In this document: positions 36,424-51,905 of the stretch, piece after piece
Position numbering within the stretch: the first letter of the stretch is position 1
How the letters are laid out: each line of letters starts with the position of its first letter
Source: Fimbriosthenelais zetlandica
Lineage: Eukaryota
Length of the DNA stretch: 64,000 nucleotides
Reading direction: 5' to 3'
Assembly (NCBI GenBank): GCA_977030845.1
Contig: OZ365116.1
Location: 22,010,001 to 22,074,000 of the forward strand
Position numbers and translations under genes: made by a program
The notes under the pieces: generated by a model
What the model saw: only the letters and a program-made list of their open reading frames with translations
Databases searched by the model: none
Told to the model about the DNA's origin: nothing

Positions 36424-39400
36424 ATTATCTAGCATTGTCTTCTATGTGCAGGCCCTATTCTACGACCACTCCTAATAAGGCACTAACCTTCTCACAAAGT
36501 GAGTTCAGCAAGAAATGCAGGTGCGGATCTAAGTTTCAGCTGGTAACTTTTTTCATGTAAGCAGGGCTCCTATGGTGGACGTTTTACAATCTTTTTATAC
36601 ATCCACAGACTCTTCTGCGGGGCAGGTCTTCAAAGGAAGTGGGAAGTTCATGTCAATTATGGCGGTGAGATTATGTGAGGGAGGACTTAGTGACCAGATT
36701 AAGTATCCACTAGCTCTATGATAATCCCCCACATTGCTTCTGCTCCCCATATAACCTGCAAGCCTTGAGGCCAGTCTTTATGACTTGTTAGGACCTATAA
36801 TAAGGCAGCAGTTGGGAAGCCTGATTTATGGAAATACTTTGACAAATAAAGTGCACTGAAAATGATCAGATTAGGGCTGCGACTGATTATGGTAGCACTT
36901 GGCTGACCCTGGAAAGTGGACTGAATTAAAGGGTCAACACCCCACATTTATTCTACTGCTGCGAACCTTTTCTCAAAAATATGAATCTAATTTGACAAGG
37001 ACCTAAAATATTGTCCTCGTGTCGTTTGATATTCCTGGAGGTGCTGGAGTTTTAACCTTTATGACTCAGCCACTATATCGTGGCATACAATTGGCCACAC
37101 TTGATGTTATGCCCTGCAGCTATGGAAACTATGCCTGACACTCATCAGGTTTCACTCTGTTCTCCATCACCTTTGCTTGAAATAAAGCAGTACCTGTCGT
37201 AGCGCCTACCCTGCCCCCTGACCTTTCACCTGTATTGGCTGTTTTACCAGCACCTACCTGATCCAGCAGGTCGTCATCTACCAGCCTCCCAGCCTTACCA
37301 CAGCCCACCCCCAGGCCATACATTCTACCAGCTGGTGTAGGTATCAAACCTGCACAATGCCAATCCCTTATTTAACAGTAGAACTGGGGTGATAGAGACC
37401 ATGCCTCCATGATTGAGGTCAGACAAGGTCGCCAATCCCAGCTCGCCCAGACACCTCCACCACGCTGGCCACCCTGGAGGTAGCACTGCCTGCAGGCTTG
37501 GCTTTCCCCTAACACATGACCCTCCATAAGAAGATCCTTGCCTGGCATGCCAACTGCAGACCTAGCTTGAATAACAGGCTTTTATTGAGTGCTGCAAGGT
37601 TATATATAGGGTAAATCCATTTACTAAAAACTCAAAATCAATATAGATCTGGTTGAGAGGTCTTAGCCTTGGGGACTGGTGGCGCTGTTCGTGTCATGGA
37701 ATCACTCTGGGAGGGTGATATTCATACTCATATTCTACTACAATAAGCTGTGAAGGTATACCATCATGACTCAGATGGATTTTAGAATCTGTAGGTCTGG
37801 TAATATTGAAACCCTTTGAAGATTCTGTTTCTTGATCAGAGTTAGTGTCATAAACTTAAAGAACATGAGGCAAGTCTGGCATAAACAGGTGTCTGGTTCT
37901 TGCCGCTGAGCCGCCTTGACAGGCATTAGACGATGTAACATTATGGCATGTACTGAAGCTTCTACCTGACTGCTGGTATCAAAGTATTTGCTTTGAGCTA
38001 AGTGAAGGCCTCTGATGACCTGAAGAAAAAAGCCTGACGTGACAGATGAGTTGAAATGATCAAAAGATGAAGGTCTGAGTCAGCCTTACTAATTGACATG
38101 AAGATCGTAGTGCCTTCAGATGATGTAGACCTGTGCCTTACCTCTCACTCCATCCTCCACCTTTATTCCACACCTATCTCTGATGTATTTACACCTCCAT
38201 GTCATCAAACACCCTCCCTATAACCATTTCCCCTTCTATTTACTTTGTAATGTCTCCTCCTCTTTCCATTTCCATATCTCCACTCCCTTGAAGTGCAACC
38301 CCAGCCAAACTAATCCCGCTTTCCATGACTGTATAGGTCGATAAAAGCTAAAATATTTATAAAAGTGTAAGAGGATATGAGAAGTGATGTGAGATGATAT
38401 AGGTGGAATTTAGATAACACTAAGTACACCTGCCACCGGTTATTTATCAAGCCGAGAGTTGCAAAACTCCAATAAGGCAGTTTGCTCCATTAATATTTCA
38501 TCTGCTGTTGATATTCGTTTGATATTGTTTTGACTTTCCAATTTTGTATTACTGTAATTACTGCTATCTTCATTTATTGAGTGCAACAGTTGATTGTGGA
38601 CTATGTTAGTTTTGTACTAGTTCAGCGCGATGAAAAGTGTTGAAAATATCAAGTTATAAGTATACCAAGTTAGGTTTTCATCTGGTCTTTAATAGGGTTA
38701 AAACAATTTGAATAATTGCTGATTTTGCATTGAAGGACAGACAATGCTTAGTTGCCAACATCTATTGATAAATGTAGACGAGTTTGAGTGAGCACACTCT
38801 GTGTGAGTTACTCACTAATGCTCGATGGATGAACGAGCACTCACAATGCCACGCATGTCTACCATCCCTGGCACAATCTCATTGTAAAGATCCCATGGAT
38901 TTTGCATTGCTTATTAGCAGCTTCCAAGACGTGGCCTAGTCGCCATCTCCCCATAATGATTTATTTTGATAAGTGCCCCGGTGTAAGAATGGCGATCCAA
39001 TTAGGATTGTTATCAAAAGTACACTTGTGCGGGTTCACGTGATGGCTCGAGCGATAAGGAACGTGCCATGGAATGGAATGTGCATAATTAGATTTCTTAC
39101 TTATTGAGTTAGCGTAAATCATATTTCATGAGGCCCATCTAAGCGTGTGTATTAGCCTCCCCATTCTGTTGCCACTTGGAGCAGCCTTGATCAGTTCAGC
39201 CATGTCGACAACTTGATGGCTCCATATCACTGTAGGTACGTACATCATCATCCCGCCTTGTTGTAGCTCCGTCTCAGTCCGCCATGGTTAACAATATAAC
39301 CGAGGGTCAGTTCACAACAGGGTCTGACATGCCCATCTCGCATCCTCCCCGGGCCTGTTTGAAACATGGATTCCCCATTTCCTAAATTAATTTCAATATC

Positions 39401-42400
39401 ACAAGGGAGCTCAAGTCCCCGCCCCCTTTAGAGCGAGAAGGTTGCGAGTCACCATTAAGGATTTATCCCCCTCCACTCCTCCCCATCTACACACACCCAT
39501 CCCCTCAGCCCTCCCATCTCACCCACCAATGTTTATGATTTAGAGTTTACATGGCTCTGGCCTTCACAATCTAGCCATGATTCATTGGTCTTGCCGCTTT
39601 CAAGGGTCATGTAAGCTGTTATGATTTATGTGGAGATATTGTGGACCTCCAATTGAGCCAGCGTCTCCTTGTATATAAGAGTTTCCCTTGGAGGTAGCTG
39701 CAAAATGAAAAGAAGCTTTCAAGAGGAATGATGAAAAAGAATCCTGTGGGAAATGTTCTTGATTTGGGCAGGACTTGGGGAAGGAGGAGCGTCAACTGTA
39801 GCTTGAGATTTGCTCAGCCACCACTGGGCGATACTGTGATAGGGGAGGGAAGACATATTGTTAGGGCTGTGTGAAGTAAATTGGTTGCCCTCGGACGGCC
39901 TCCTTTCATTACTACCGGAACTTGAAGCAGCTCCCTCCATCGGCAGTGGTCACAAGGGGTCGTTTTCACGTGGCCCCATCCAAGCTCTGCCCTCCCTGTC
40001 TGCTTTTATCTCTGGGCCGCAGCATCTGAGTGTGACATCAGCACAACAAAACCTAGAGATGGCCATGTGATAGCGGCTAGTCCAGGAAACTAGAGAACCT
40101 CCCAGCCTTTGCTTCATGTGGAGACAAAGGAAGTTAAGGCCCTCCTCGCAGTGCTGGACCTCCTCCCCAGAGAGCCTCGACTAGCTGGGGTGCTTTTCTG
40201 TCATATTTTTTGTTGCAGTACAGAACATTGTAGATATCTATTTCCTCCGATTCCCCCACTGTGACACACTCTCTTTTCCTGTGTCACAGGTTTTATGATC
40301 TGGACAATGTCGCACAAACTTCTTGTTCTATTTTCGAGAAGTTTGGCATTGAGTCATGGTATGCTGCTAGCCTAATCTCATCTCATCCCTGCAAACTCCT
40401 CTTACACCAGTCGTGTGTGATATTCTCCTCCCTTCCGTTGCCTGTCCTGTCCCCCTTTAATCCCCTTCCCTCCCCCTTTCCTCATCCTACTTTCTCCTTT
40501 CCACCATCCAGTCACTCCCCTGCTGGCAGAGCGTGCTCAAGCTTGCAGCAAACCGGGTCCTAATAAATGATAGACCAGACACAATATCCGGAACCTGAAG
40601 AAGCTGCCTTCCCACCACATCTCTTCTTTGAAGTGCGTGAGTTTGCCAAGCAACAACTGCACTGAGGCTTCATGGGAGTCGTGCTGGAGACAGCAACCAC
40701 ACGTGACACCCGTGTCCACTGTCCAGTCCCTGATCCACTCTAAACCAAGTAATTGGTTTAATCACTACAAGAAACTTCTCCCACATCTGACTTCCTGCCC
40801 GCAGTGTTTTCACCAATCCTGATTGATCCTCTCCTTCTTGGGGGAGTTTCCTCGCACATGCTTCTTTCTTGATTTTTGTCGGGATCTGTAACTTTCTTTT
40901 GGTAATAAATTTAGATCATTTTCACCATGGGAAAGGTTCTTGATGGCATGAGCACGGTTAAAATTATGACCCACTTTAATTAGGTTGGCCGCAAATTGAG
41001 AACAACTTTGAAAAGCAATCGACGCCTGTTTTAGTGTGTGTCGGTTAGTGGGAGAGGTTTGATTCTCAGGACACGCACAAGCAAACATGAAGATCATAAC
41101 TTGTCTCGATACATTGTCAATAAAAGAAGCCCTAGTCGTGATGCTGGCGACGCTACTGTGCTTAACAGGCCCCATAAACAAACAACCCCGACAAAAAACA
41201 GCCATAACTCCCAGACCATTGAAATTACTGCCCGTCTTTACACTAGCGTCCTAAAGAATAGTGCTGTTGACACAGTGTCTTGTCTGCTCTTGATGTTAGC
41301 ACCGTTTATTTAGGATCTCTATTCTCCCTCTTCTACTTCTGTTCTCTTTTGTTGCCTCCTTGTTCTCTTATCCACTTCCGGTACTCCCCTGCCTTTTGCT
41401 ATTGGATGAGTAAACTTAATTTTCCTTATTGAAACCTCTGAAGATATTTCCTTCTTGGAATATTTGAGAATATTCTGATGCTTCCTTTAGAATGATGTCA
41501 ATGGAATGAAACATCTACAATAGCTTTTGAATTGAATTGCAATTGGAATTAAATATGGGGCAATCAACTTGAGTCATCTACACCCGTTTCAGATAGCTCT
41601 ACACATTGCAGTTTTGGACATTGTGCTAGGACACATGAAGACATGATGAACTTGTTTGGCTCATGAAGCGTTATGATTATAGCCCTGTAAAGAATTGGGG
41701 AGAGAATTAAGGCTTGTCACGGATATGATTAGATGCCTTGAGGGCGTCAAGTTTCTTCCACTCTGTCTTGCATTGATCCAGCCTTGTATTGCTACCATCT
41801 GTGCACCTATCATTACTGCAGCTCGCTCCGCAGCATCATGGCTCAATCACTCGTTGCCTATGTTCCAATCACACTTAAATGTGTTGACCAGTCTTGTCCG
41901 AAAGATATTGTCAATCCCTCTCACGCTCAAATACCATTATTTGCCAAAATGCTGTCCCTCTCTGGAATGTTTGCAGATCTATGCATCAAGTTTGATTCCA
42001 TTCAATATAGACTTGGTGGAAACCAAGCAATGGGAATCCACGCCAGGACTCAGCATTTTACTGACTCATTCTTTTGCTGAAAAGCAATTTGTCCAGCGAG
42101 CTAAAAGTAGGGTCTCGCTGAAAATAGTCAGACATTTGATAATGTCGTTATACTTCACTATTGGAACATTTGCATACAATGTCGGCCAGACGCGGCTCTG
42201 TGTTTGTCAAACGTCTAAATTGAGTTAACTTGGTCCTGCCATCTCACTCCTGTCACTCAAGACAAGGATAACAAAGTGTTCTGCTCATTCTAATGGTTTT
42301 CTCAGTGACATCTTCGTGTAACAGACAGCTGCTAATGCTGTCTCTTATAATATTTTTCTTTTGTTTTCCGTAGTGTGTCTTCTTTAAGATCAATTTCGTC

Positions 42401-42458
42401 TTCTACAATGCAATCGTCATCCTTTCATCGTTTACTAAGCTTTATTTATTTTCTTCAG

Positions 42459-42532
42459 AGTGGCTGAGATCATATTGCAAGGGACTTTAAGGCATTAGAT
42501 GACTGATGAAGACTGCAATGTGCAACATGTTG
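42459..42532 (+). other. Candidate non-coding (UTR/lncRNA) exon
   Basis: Strong acceptor TTTATTTATTTTCTTCAG and strong donor TTG|GTAAGT; stops in all three frames read from the exon start. Confidence 0.3.
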
Positions 42533-45500
42533 GTAAGTTTATAAAGCTATAATATAGAAGATCATGCAGATTAATTTGGAGGCCCTCATATCCTCTTTTT
42601 GACTTCTAACCAATTTTCGAAAATATTCCTTGTAGCACACATTAGCAAATTGGGTTTGCATACGTTGAATGCATGATGAAAAGCCTATTTCACCTTGTTG
42701 GTCCAGCTTTAGAATAGCTTGTCTCCATTGCCGGCTTGGCCTTTGACAGCTACAACTATGGGTAGAGATGACTCATTGCCAAGAAATGAAATTGAGGAAA
42801 TCAAGTTTAGCTCTCCAGCCATACCATCTCGCATGTGTCAAAAGTCAGATTAATGGACTGATCTGAACAGGTTATAAGCAACATTCGGGCTAACGTCCTG
42901 GGATTTTACTTAAACTGTTTCTTTGGGTACATTTGAAACATTGTACCATTTGAGCCTTGTAACATTTGTAGCATTTCTGTCTGTCAACAGGAGTTACAGC
43001 CAACTATGATCAGAAAGTGAGTTAACATTTTGGGGACGGACATGATATAAGAGTCCTCTGATACTTGAAAGAGACTACTACAGACAGTTGTGAGGAGAAG
43101 GTGAAGAAAAGTTCATATTATGTGAAATTCCTGTAGAAGGACAAAGCGCAACGAAAAGTACTCATGGTCCAATCTTCCCATCTGCCCATCCTGATTTCCT
43201 CGTCAGACCATGGGGGTGAGTCTCATTTAGTTTCTGCACAGGCCATCAGGTAACTTCACTGGGCCTGGACGCCAACCTCATGCTCTGCTGGGCCTTGGGA
43301 TTTACCCTGACTCGACATGACAAATCAGTTTCGCAATGAAAAAGGCTTCTGCTTGGCTTGCCACCCCATCTACGGACATCTATGTAGCTGTTGGAGCGTG
43401 TGTTGGGGGTTTTGTGACTGCGGCCAAGCGTTGAACCAGGTCCAGAAGCAGATATACATGCAGGTGTAGCTGTTAGACACGGCTTTGGCTTTTCTTACAC
43501 TTTATCGATTGCCTGCCATTTGCCATTGCCCCAGGGCACGGGCTCTGAGCTCCGATCCACTTCCGGCCGGAGCTGAGGCCGATGGTCGAGCAGTGCGCAG
43601 GACATTGGTCACTGTTTTTATTGGAGTATTTTAGTCACAGACTGGAATGGACCAGAGGGAACTCATGATCCTCTGGAGACAAGGAACTTCCCACTAAATT
43701 AGAGTGATTATTTCGGGAATTGCTTAGAGTCCTAGAGTCACAATACAAGCAATAAGTTGAGAGTGAAATTGGTGAGCTCCTAAGTTCTAAAACCTTCTGT
43801 TATCTGAGTTAGTTGACTTGTTCTCTGTACTCGATACTGAAGCCAAATAGGCCTACATACTGCCCCTGTATACTCAAGAGATTTATGCTATCATTGGGCG
43901 TTTTTTAAAGGAGAAACTGTTTTGAATGTCTCCCGGAAATGAAACCAGTCACTTGTGAGATGTCAGGGATGCACTGCACTGACAGGGCATACCGAGCTAG
44001 TTACTCTCCCGCCCCAGCTCCCTCCTCTCAGCCTCAATCATATGTTAGTGGTATTTAAGCAGACATTTTATCAAAATAACACAGTTCATTTCATTGTTGC
44101 CTATCTTCACGCCTGGCCACACACTAGCAAATGTAATCCAGTCAAATTTATAGACATGAAGTTGAAGCAGTAACAGGCTAGTGGAGTAATACGATCCCTG
44201 CAAAAAGTAATTGCGACTCCGTTCAATTGTAATAGGAAATAGGTTTCTTGGATTGAATATGTGCCTTGATTGTGAAGTACGGAAGTGACTGGTAGAACAC
44301 TCTAATGAGATTAAACTCTCCTATTAGGATGAGAAGTCATTTGAAAAGGAAAGTAAAAGTACTGATCATAATGTGTTCTATTTTCTTATTAAGGGGATTA
44401 AAGGCGAGCTAAATATGAAGGTATACAGTCATATTTTTCCACATTTTAAGCTTTTGAATATAAATCAAAGATTTAGAAATAGAAATGGACTTCAAAGAAA
44501 GGAGGAAGGAGATGAGCAGCTCTGTTGAGCCTGCACCCAGCTCTCGCCCCATTACCCATTGTAGCTCCAGCCTCTGCTCCAGTCTCAGACCCTTCCTATA
44601 GGCTCAGGTCATCCTAAAGGTGGGATATGGCCACCTCTGACCTCAATCCCCCGGGATTCACACGCTTTCTCTCCGGTCAAAGGCGCTGTTGCATGTGCTT
44701 CAGTGGTCAGCCCCTGCTGTGATTCTAAAGCTCTGAGAGATGATAATATAGCCGGCTCATGCTTATGTTATTGCACGGTTGGGTGCCCGAGGAAAATGCC
44801 AGCCTTGAAACATTTTCTGAAACAGCTTTCCTGAGTATAAAGAGGCCTGCTTCCTCCTATTTGTTGGTGGAGGAACGTCCCCCCTGGAGTGGCGGTGTTT
44901 GCCTTCCGCACCACTGACCTCTAACACACAGCCATACCATTCATCCTCTGCTGCTTCATTGTTCTCTCACACACAGTCTGGGCTTGCTGTTTCTCATATA
45001 TACACTGGCCCTGTAATTGGTTCAATTGCTGAGGATTGTGCTGACGGTTTGCCATTCCCCACTCGAGGGTTTTGTTGGTGGTTGCACGCCTTCGCCTAAT
45101 GGCTGCCACTTGTATCACTTTAAAGAAGTAAGCTGAATATCTGGTGCCCTTAATGGGGGCTGGTGACAATGAGAGGCAATAAACAGCTTCACTCTGCCAT
45201 GCCGTGCTTGCCAAGTACTGTCATTCTCAGTACAGGAGATTTTTGGTCTAATGATGGCTGAAAATAGCAGCAAACCCCTCTTGCAGCCAGGTACAATGCA
45301 TGTGTTTTACAGGATGTCCTTCTGTTATCCAATCAAGACTTGTGATACAACTAGTGTACCTATAAGTGACTTAACATCTAAGGCATGCACTGAACTAATG
45401 AAGTACCTCTTGACAAGATGTGTACTTGGGTACAATGGAGCCTAATAGTATCTATGAAAAGGGCGTGGTATAGAGATTTTGACCCCCTCCTGACCGTAAA

Positions 45501-48377
45501 AAATCACTATTTACTGAGAAAATGGGCGGTGGCCCTGAGAAGTAGCTTCATGTGCCAGGCTGGCCGGACCCTTTGATTGCACTATAAGCGGTCTCTGATT
45601 ACACATTAAACGTTGACGGGGCGACTTGGAGAAGCTCCCAAATGTTATCTCTGTCTCCCCGAGGGGTTCTATCTGTGCTAGCAAAATGCAGAACTGGTTC
45701 AATCCCCTCAGCCAGTCAATATGAGGGACCTAAGTAGCTACCGTTTAGGTGTTAATCTCTACCTAATGGCGTCATTACTGTCACGATTTAAGGCGTCACA
45801 AGTCCCCGGCCCCGGCAAGATAAACCCAGACGTGTGTCGTTCCCTGACCTGATCTTGTCGATCCACGTTTTACTCGCAGCCAGCCATTAGCAGACCTAAA
45901 TACTGTGATTGTGGGGGCTTTGGACTCCTCCTGGCGAGGAGGGGGGCAGATAGTGTGTGCTGAGCCGGGTAGAGGGCAGGATTAAGCAGGATGGTCCGAC
46001 ATGATAACTTGTTTTGTTGTCTCGCTGTAGTGGCGAATACCTCGCAATTCTATAGAAGAATCGGCTTAACTGAATGTGACTCCAGCAGCCCTCAAAGGCC
46101 ATCATCATAGTACTTTAAGATGCAACTTTACTCGCATATATCGATTAGATTTGAATATTCACTGCTGAAAGTCCTTGTCTTGAATTATAATATTAGTAGG
46201 GGATTGGGTCAACACCCTTGAAGCTGGTAGATTCCATTGAGTCTACTTGACATTCAGGAGGCATCTAGGAGATCCTCTGAGATTGGGCAGGTTTTTATTC
46301 CTCCTTGCTGAGGTCCACCTAAGATGGCGCCTTGCAGTATCCGGGGGAGCAGTAAAGTAGATGTGAACGATGCGGTGTTGGTTCTCACTTCTACTAATGA
46401 CCGTTAGAATCCTCTCAATGGAGGCCAACCTCATCCCTATCCCAATCCTGACTGGCACCCAGATTTTGGTCTTGCTATATACATGGCCACCCAGAAATTT
46501 CATGGTCTTATGTTCCCTACTAGATTCTGTCTTGGCTTGAACACACTGCGGCGATTTTGCAGTTGCGTTCTAGTTGCAAGTGTCTAGTTTTTCGAGCGCA
46601 TACATACAATTTCTCTGGCAGGCATTCAAGGGTGGCACTTGCTAGCGGTCATATTGGCCTTGCACATGACAAGAAACTGTAGCAACTTGAATAACTAAGT
46701 GTGTTCAGTTTAGGCTCATGTAATCTTCTCTATGTTTTCTTCTCAAACTATAGTCCCCTGATGAACATCCTGTTAACTGATTGAAAGCTGGCCGTGAAAT
46801 TCACCACAGGATAAGAGGGCATGGCAGGTGAGGGAAGCCTGGCTCGACCAATGAATGGCTCCATTTTTTCTATTCCTGAAGGCGTCTCTGGCTGAGGTCA
46901 TGGCGGAGGGTAGAATGGCTTTACCATCATGCTCCTCTGATGTCTGTATTATTCTAGAGGCTACTATATCAGCCATCACACTGTCAGATGACATCCCAGC
47001 ATTAAGGCCCCATCAGACCCAACTTGAAGCATATCAGTCTCCTCTTTCTATCAGAGATATAGCAAATGCTTTTGGCCAGAGCTCATGGGACCATCAGAAG
47101 TTTGTAGTTCAAAGTCTGTATTGGAATTGATATACTAATACCACACAGAGGTAGGAATCACCAAATGCATATTTACTTACACGCATATATATGTAACATC
47201 TGAATACTTGGAAGACCTATAGTGGTATGGTCAATGAGTGTGTGCTGCTTGCATGTTGTAACAAGCATGATTCCACCAGTTCAACCAGGTCCATAGGATC
47301 AGTCAATCCACACATTCAGATATCTCTGGCCTGGCTTCGTTCCACCAGTTAATTGGCTGATACCAGACCAAAAAGGATGAGGCCACATTGATGTCCGAAC
47401 ACTAACAACTAGTGCGTGATTTATGCTGACTTAATGGACCATAGATAAACTGACCATTGCTTCCTGTTGGGCCATTAAGGCGCCAGGTCAGTCAGTTGTA
47501 TGCGCACTGCCTATTGCCAGCCATTGGAGGAACTGCCACTCGTCTCGGAATAAAAAGACAACCCGCTCATTAACGACCATTGATTCTTCACACTTGTTTC
47601 CCTGGAGAAGTACTTTACCATAATTAAATCAAATAAATGAGGGATCTTTTCAGGCTTGGCTTAACAATTTGACCTTAGATTGTCTTGGATCAATTGGTGC
47701 TCCTTTGATTAGTCCAGCTGAGCAATTCCCTGCCTAATGCTGAAAGTTCAACAGTTTCTTGGGAGTTTCAAGTTCATTTTAATGAGATTTCTCACTGAAA
47801 AAACCCTCTTGATATATCGCACTGAATTTCTCTTGGGAGAGCATCGTTAGACTTCAAAAAATAAAGTTGGAAGTATCAAGGGGTGGTTATCGTCGGCCAT
47901 GTAGGCTGCTTCTTGTCCTGCTTGTAGTCACGTCAGTTTTACCAGTGCAAATCAAGCGCAGCTGTACAGAGATGTCGGGAGCCAGTGGGTCTTGGTTTTC
48001 TCATCTTAGCACGTGGTGGGAATAAGAAGTGCCACTTGGAAAGCTCTTGGGCTAAACTAGCCTGGATGAATTGATTTTTGTGTTTGTGTTTGACACTGTG
48101 CTATAAGCCGGGACGGGCGGGGATCATTTGTCACGCTTGCTGCCTCCACTCATTCAGCCTTCATGTAGGGATCATAAAGCCTGCCCTTACCCTCACCATA
48201 TAGCCAATATCAACCTCTACAAACGCCACATACAACTTCATTGCCTTTTGCTTTTTGTGTTAGCTGCAATTGACTTGTGCGCCTTAGTCCCTGGAGTTGA
48301 CCCAGCGTCCTGGAACTTCACCCTGATGACAATGAATCCATGAAAGGCAACTCCCTTTTTTTCAACCTTTGATAACA

Positions 48378-48441
48378 AGTTTTAAAGAAAGATCGTTGAG
48401 TTTTAAAGGACGATCACTTTAGTTTTAAAGAAATATTGTCT
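48378..48441 (+). repeat. Degenerate 21-22-bp tandem repeat, 3 copies
   Basis: AGTTTTAAAG core at 48378, 48399 and 48421. Confidence 0.75.
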
Positions 48442-51400
48442 TAAAACCAAAGGAAGTATCTGGACATTTAAATGTTTGAAGTTCGTCTAGAATGTTCTGT
48501 GCATATTTCTGCATCCTGATAAATAGAGGAATGAGGTCAGGGGATTGACATGTAGAATAGTAGGACTATACCGTCAGTACAGGAGGAACCTGCACACGGG
48601 TATTATGAGACCATTGATTAAATGATGTAAGCTCTATATGACTGCTCATTCTCTATTCTTGTTCAGACAGCCTGCAATTACCTGCGTTTCTCTTGTTGAT
48701 GGTCCCCTGGGTCCCATAGCTGATCAGGGAATCATGAGCCCCCCTTTACCCGATGAGAGTGTATCAATAAAACTCAATAGTATACTCCCACATCCTGATA
48801 ACCCCAATGAGTTTACGGCTCTCCCATTCACAGTAACGAACCCCTCATGTTAAATTATGCAAGCAAGTCATGGTTGCCTCCTGGGACCATTTAGTTCACT
48901 CTTCTCCTGAACGGGCGTCGGTGTGGCATGTTGTGGAATAGGCTTTAAATCATAAGAGACGAGCTCTAGTTATTATCTCTTTTAGCTCTCCATTTAAGAT
49001 CTTCTTCAAGCTCATAAAATCTTGTCTTGCTTGAGTTACCTTCAGTGTTCTCAATATAGTTGCCCAGGTCTCTGGGAAAATTCAAGTTTGGTGCCTGGAA
49101 TGACGCGCACGTCCTACCCCTGATTTGTAGTTGGCAAGGAATGTGAACAGATATATATATATGGCGCATAACTCTAGAGTGTATCTCGCAATTATTTTTT
49201 CAGATGTTACAAGCCTTGGGGACCTGACAGGAGAAAACAGGGAGCACATGCTTGTCAGAACTGGTGACCCTGTCAGACTATGTGACTGTCATATTGGGGG
49301 CGTCAGGATCCCTCGAGGGACCGGGATGTAGAACCTAGGGATTTCACCCAATATATCTACCTCATGAATATGTGTGTGAGGGCCCCCTCCCCTAACATCC
49401 CTTCTCTCACTTGATTATTTCCCTCAAAAAAATGGTTGAAAACCACTAGGATTTTCAATGTGGTAATAGTTGCCTCTTATCAGAAAAGGAAGAAGGAAAT
49501 GGTGGAAAAATTGGAATTTGACTTTACGTTAGATTTATGAATTGGTCTCTATGTATTCCTTCCCATGTTGCGCTGTCTGTCACGATTATCTAGACCATTT
49601 CCCAGTGAGGAAACAAGTTCTCATCCCCTCCTGCTGTCATTCAGTCTGTGGGTGGGTGTGTGTAGGTGTGTGCGTGAGAACGTGTGTGAGTGACTGACAA
49701 TAATACTCGGCACGAGTCTGATGGCAACATAATAGCGATTGCGATCCCATTATATCCTCGCTGCATCCATTCAGCTCTCGCTAGGCCTTTAGAGGGGGCA
49801 CAGACTTTCTCAATGGCAGATATATTAATGAAAAAATCAATACCAGTCATTGGATGTTGATTGCTGGGTTGATTGAGGTGGGGGGAAGTCGGGGTATGGG
49901 GAAGGCTGACCCATCCTAAAAGCTTCACCGATGCTTGCCTTATTATGTCAAACATTGGGGATTGCTGATGGACTGGGAATAGAGTTAGGTAAGGTAAGAG
50001 GACATGGGCCGACTCCAAGCCAAAGGGTAAATATCAGCAGAGTAAGCGAGAATGCCTCATCTGTCAAAAGCTTTCCAAATCCATCTGGTACTGAGTTTGG
50101 ATGAGGTAGAACTTGACTTGCAAAGTCTTCAAATTATGATATGAATACATGCTATTCCAATACGATGTACTGCCTTTAAATTGTATGGATTGGCTCATTT
50201 ACTATGGACATATGTTAGCAATGCTTCTACAAAGTTAGTCACTATGTATACAAGTCTGATTAATACCCCTAGGAGGATAGAAATTGAAATGGTACTTTTA
50301 CGAGGTATTGTTTGCGTGTTAATGCCTTTATTGCATGTTAATTATTATGCTCAGATGACATTATTTCCTTGATGTAGAAATGCCATACCTCTATTTAGGC
50401 TCTCTCCGTCCTATCTCTTCCTGCACTATGTGGCTAACCTGCTGTGATCAACATAGACATGTGATAATACATGCTGATATAGTGATGTAACAAGCCCTTA
50501 GTTACAAACCTACTTAGATACCCGGGGCGTGCCCATTTACTAATATTGCATGACTCCCCAACATAAACCCCCCTCTCAGCACACCATGCACCGGCATGTG
50601 CTTCCCATTGAAACGCTATTGATTTTTATTCAATCAAATAGTACGTCTGTGTTATAGAACCGTCCCCAAGGGCATTCTACTGCATTAAAACATGTTGATG
50701 CTCCTTGATATCCTAGAGATCTATCAGCAAGATACAAAGCAAATCCAATGTGGGTACATGCATGTGAAAAGCTATTTGAAAACCTGGGTTACTACAAAGG
50801 AGGCATTTGGATCAAGTTAGGGCATCAGTCCTTTGGGAGGTGTACGTGTTTTCCATAACAGCATCAAAGTGCAGCACCTTAAGGAGCTCTGGTTCACCAT
50901 ATGTGGTCTCCCAGATGACCAGTAAAATATGGCGAGCAATACATCTCTTTGTGTGGTTGTATATTGGTGGCAGTATGCACCATAGTGTTTGCTAACATTT
51001 TAAACCACAGCGCTGCAAGTAGAGGATGTCCATTATAGGACTGCTCAATGTGAGCAAGAAAAAAACAACTCTGAGAATGAGCGGAAGCGGAAATGGCTGC
51101 CTGCTTGACAATGGGCCTCGTTGTGAGTGATCTTTGACATTCCAGACCCTGTGACGTCATCGAGATACGTGATGCCACCAACACAAACCACTCTAAACTC
51201 TCCTGCCACTCATATTTTGGGTAAAATCATCTGGAATTAGGAAAATTGAGAGCTTTTATCCATGAAAGTAGCATAAAGTCCATGCGCGTGTTTTCGTGGG
51301 GAGTTGGGGGGAGGTATTTTTTGCTTGATTGTAGGAGTTCCTCTTTCCCTCTCTGCAGCTGATCGATCATGTATTGGCCTGGGCAGACTTGAAGAATTAC

Positions 51401-51539
51401 TACCTGTGGTGAATTCGTCGACATGGAAAAGTCCAAAGCAAAATAAACACAGAGGAATTGTTAGCTTCCAGATTGATATTTCACCCACTTTTTACCTCTT
51501 TTCATCTCGTCGATGGGCCAATGCTTTTGAGTGGCAAAT

Positions 51540-51905
51540 TTGATGGCGTTGAAATAATCGCGTCGAGTTAAATATGGGTGTTAGAGCTAGTATTTTTGGC
51601 AGGGACGCCGCGACTATTTCTGGTGTGTTGGGCAGCAGAGCGTTGCGCTTGTCGCCCGGCCATTAGGCGAAATATTTTCCAATCATGCGAAAAACATGGG
51701 CGCATAAATGGAAGAGACGTGTGAAAATGGCAGCCTTTCTATGGCGAGAGGTGTGAAAATCAGAGTAAATTACAGCAGCCAGCCACGGTGTAAACAGTGA
51801 GAGGCTGGGGGAGGCGAGGCCCGTGCAGCTAGAGATTATAGGTGCAGGCTTCAAAGGCTTTTGATGTTCACTACCTGGTTACCAGGTAACCTACGACGTC
51901 ATTAG
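51540..51905. promoter_or_regulatory. CpG-retaining enhancer/promoter-like island about 1.4 kb upstream of the TMTC1 start
   Basis: Dense CpG (CGCGTCG, GACGCCGCGAC, GCGTTGCGC) against a CpG-poor background; no meaningful ORF. Confidence 0.35.

Noticed and set aside
40810-41205. 131-aa minus ORF and an overlapping + frame with a hydrophobic stretch (MKIITCLDTLSIKEALVVMLATLLCL)
   Set aside because: No family resemblance and no supporting splice or promoter signals.
41695-42228. Longest ORF in the track (177 aa, +)
   Set aside because: No recognisable motif or splice context. A rough estimate gives a few chance ORFs of this length in six frames of 64 kb.
45700-45725. GGTTCAATCCC B-box-like motif
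   Set aside because: No A-box or cloverleaf; not a tRNA or SINE head.
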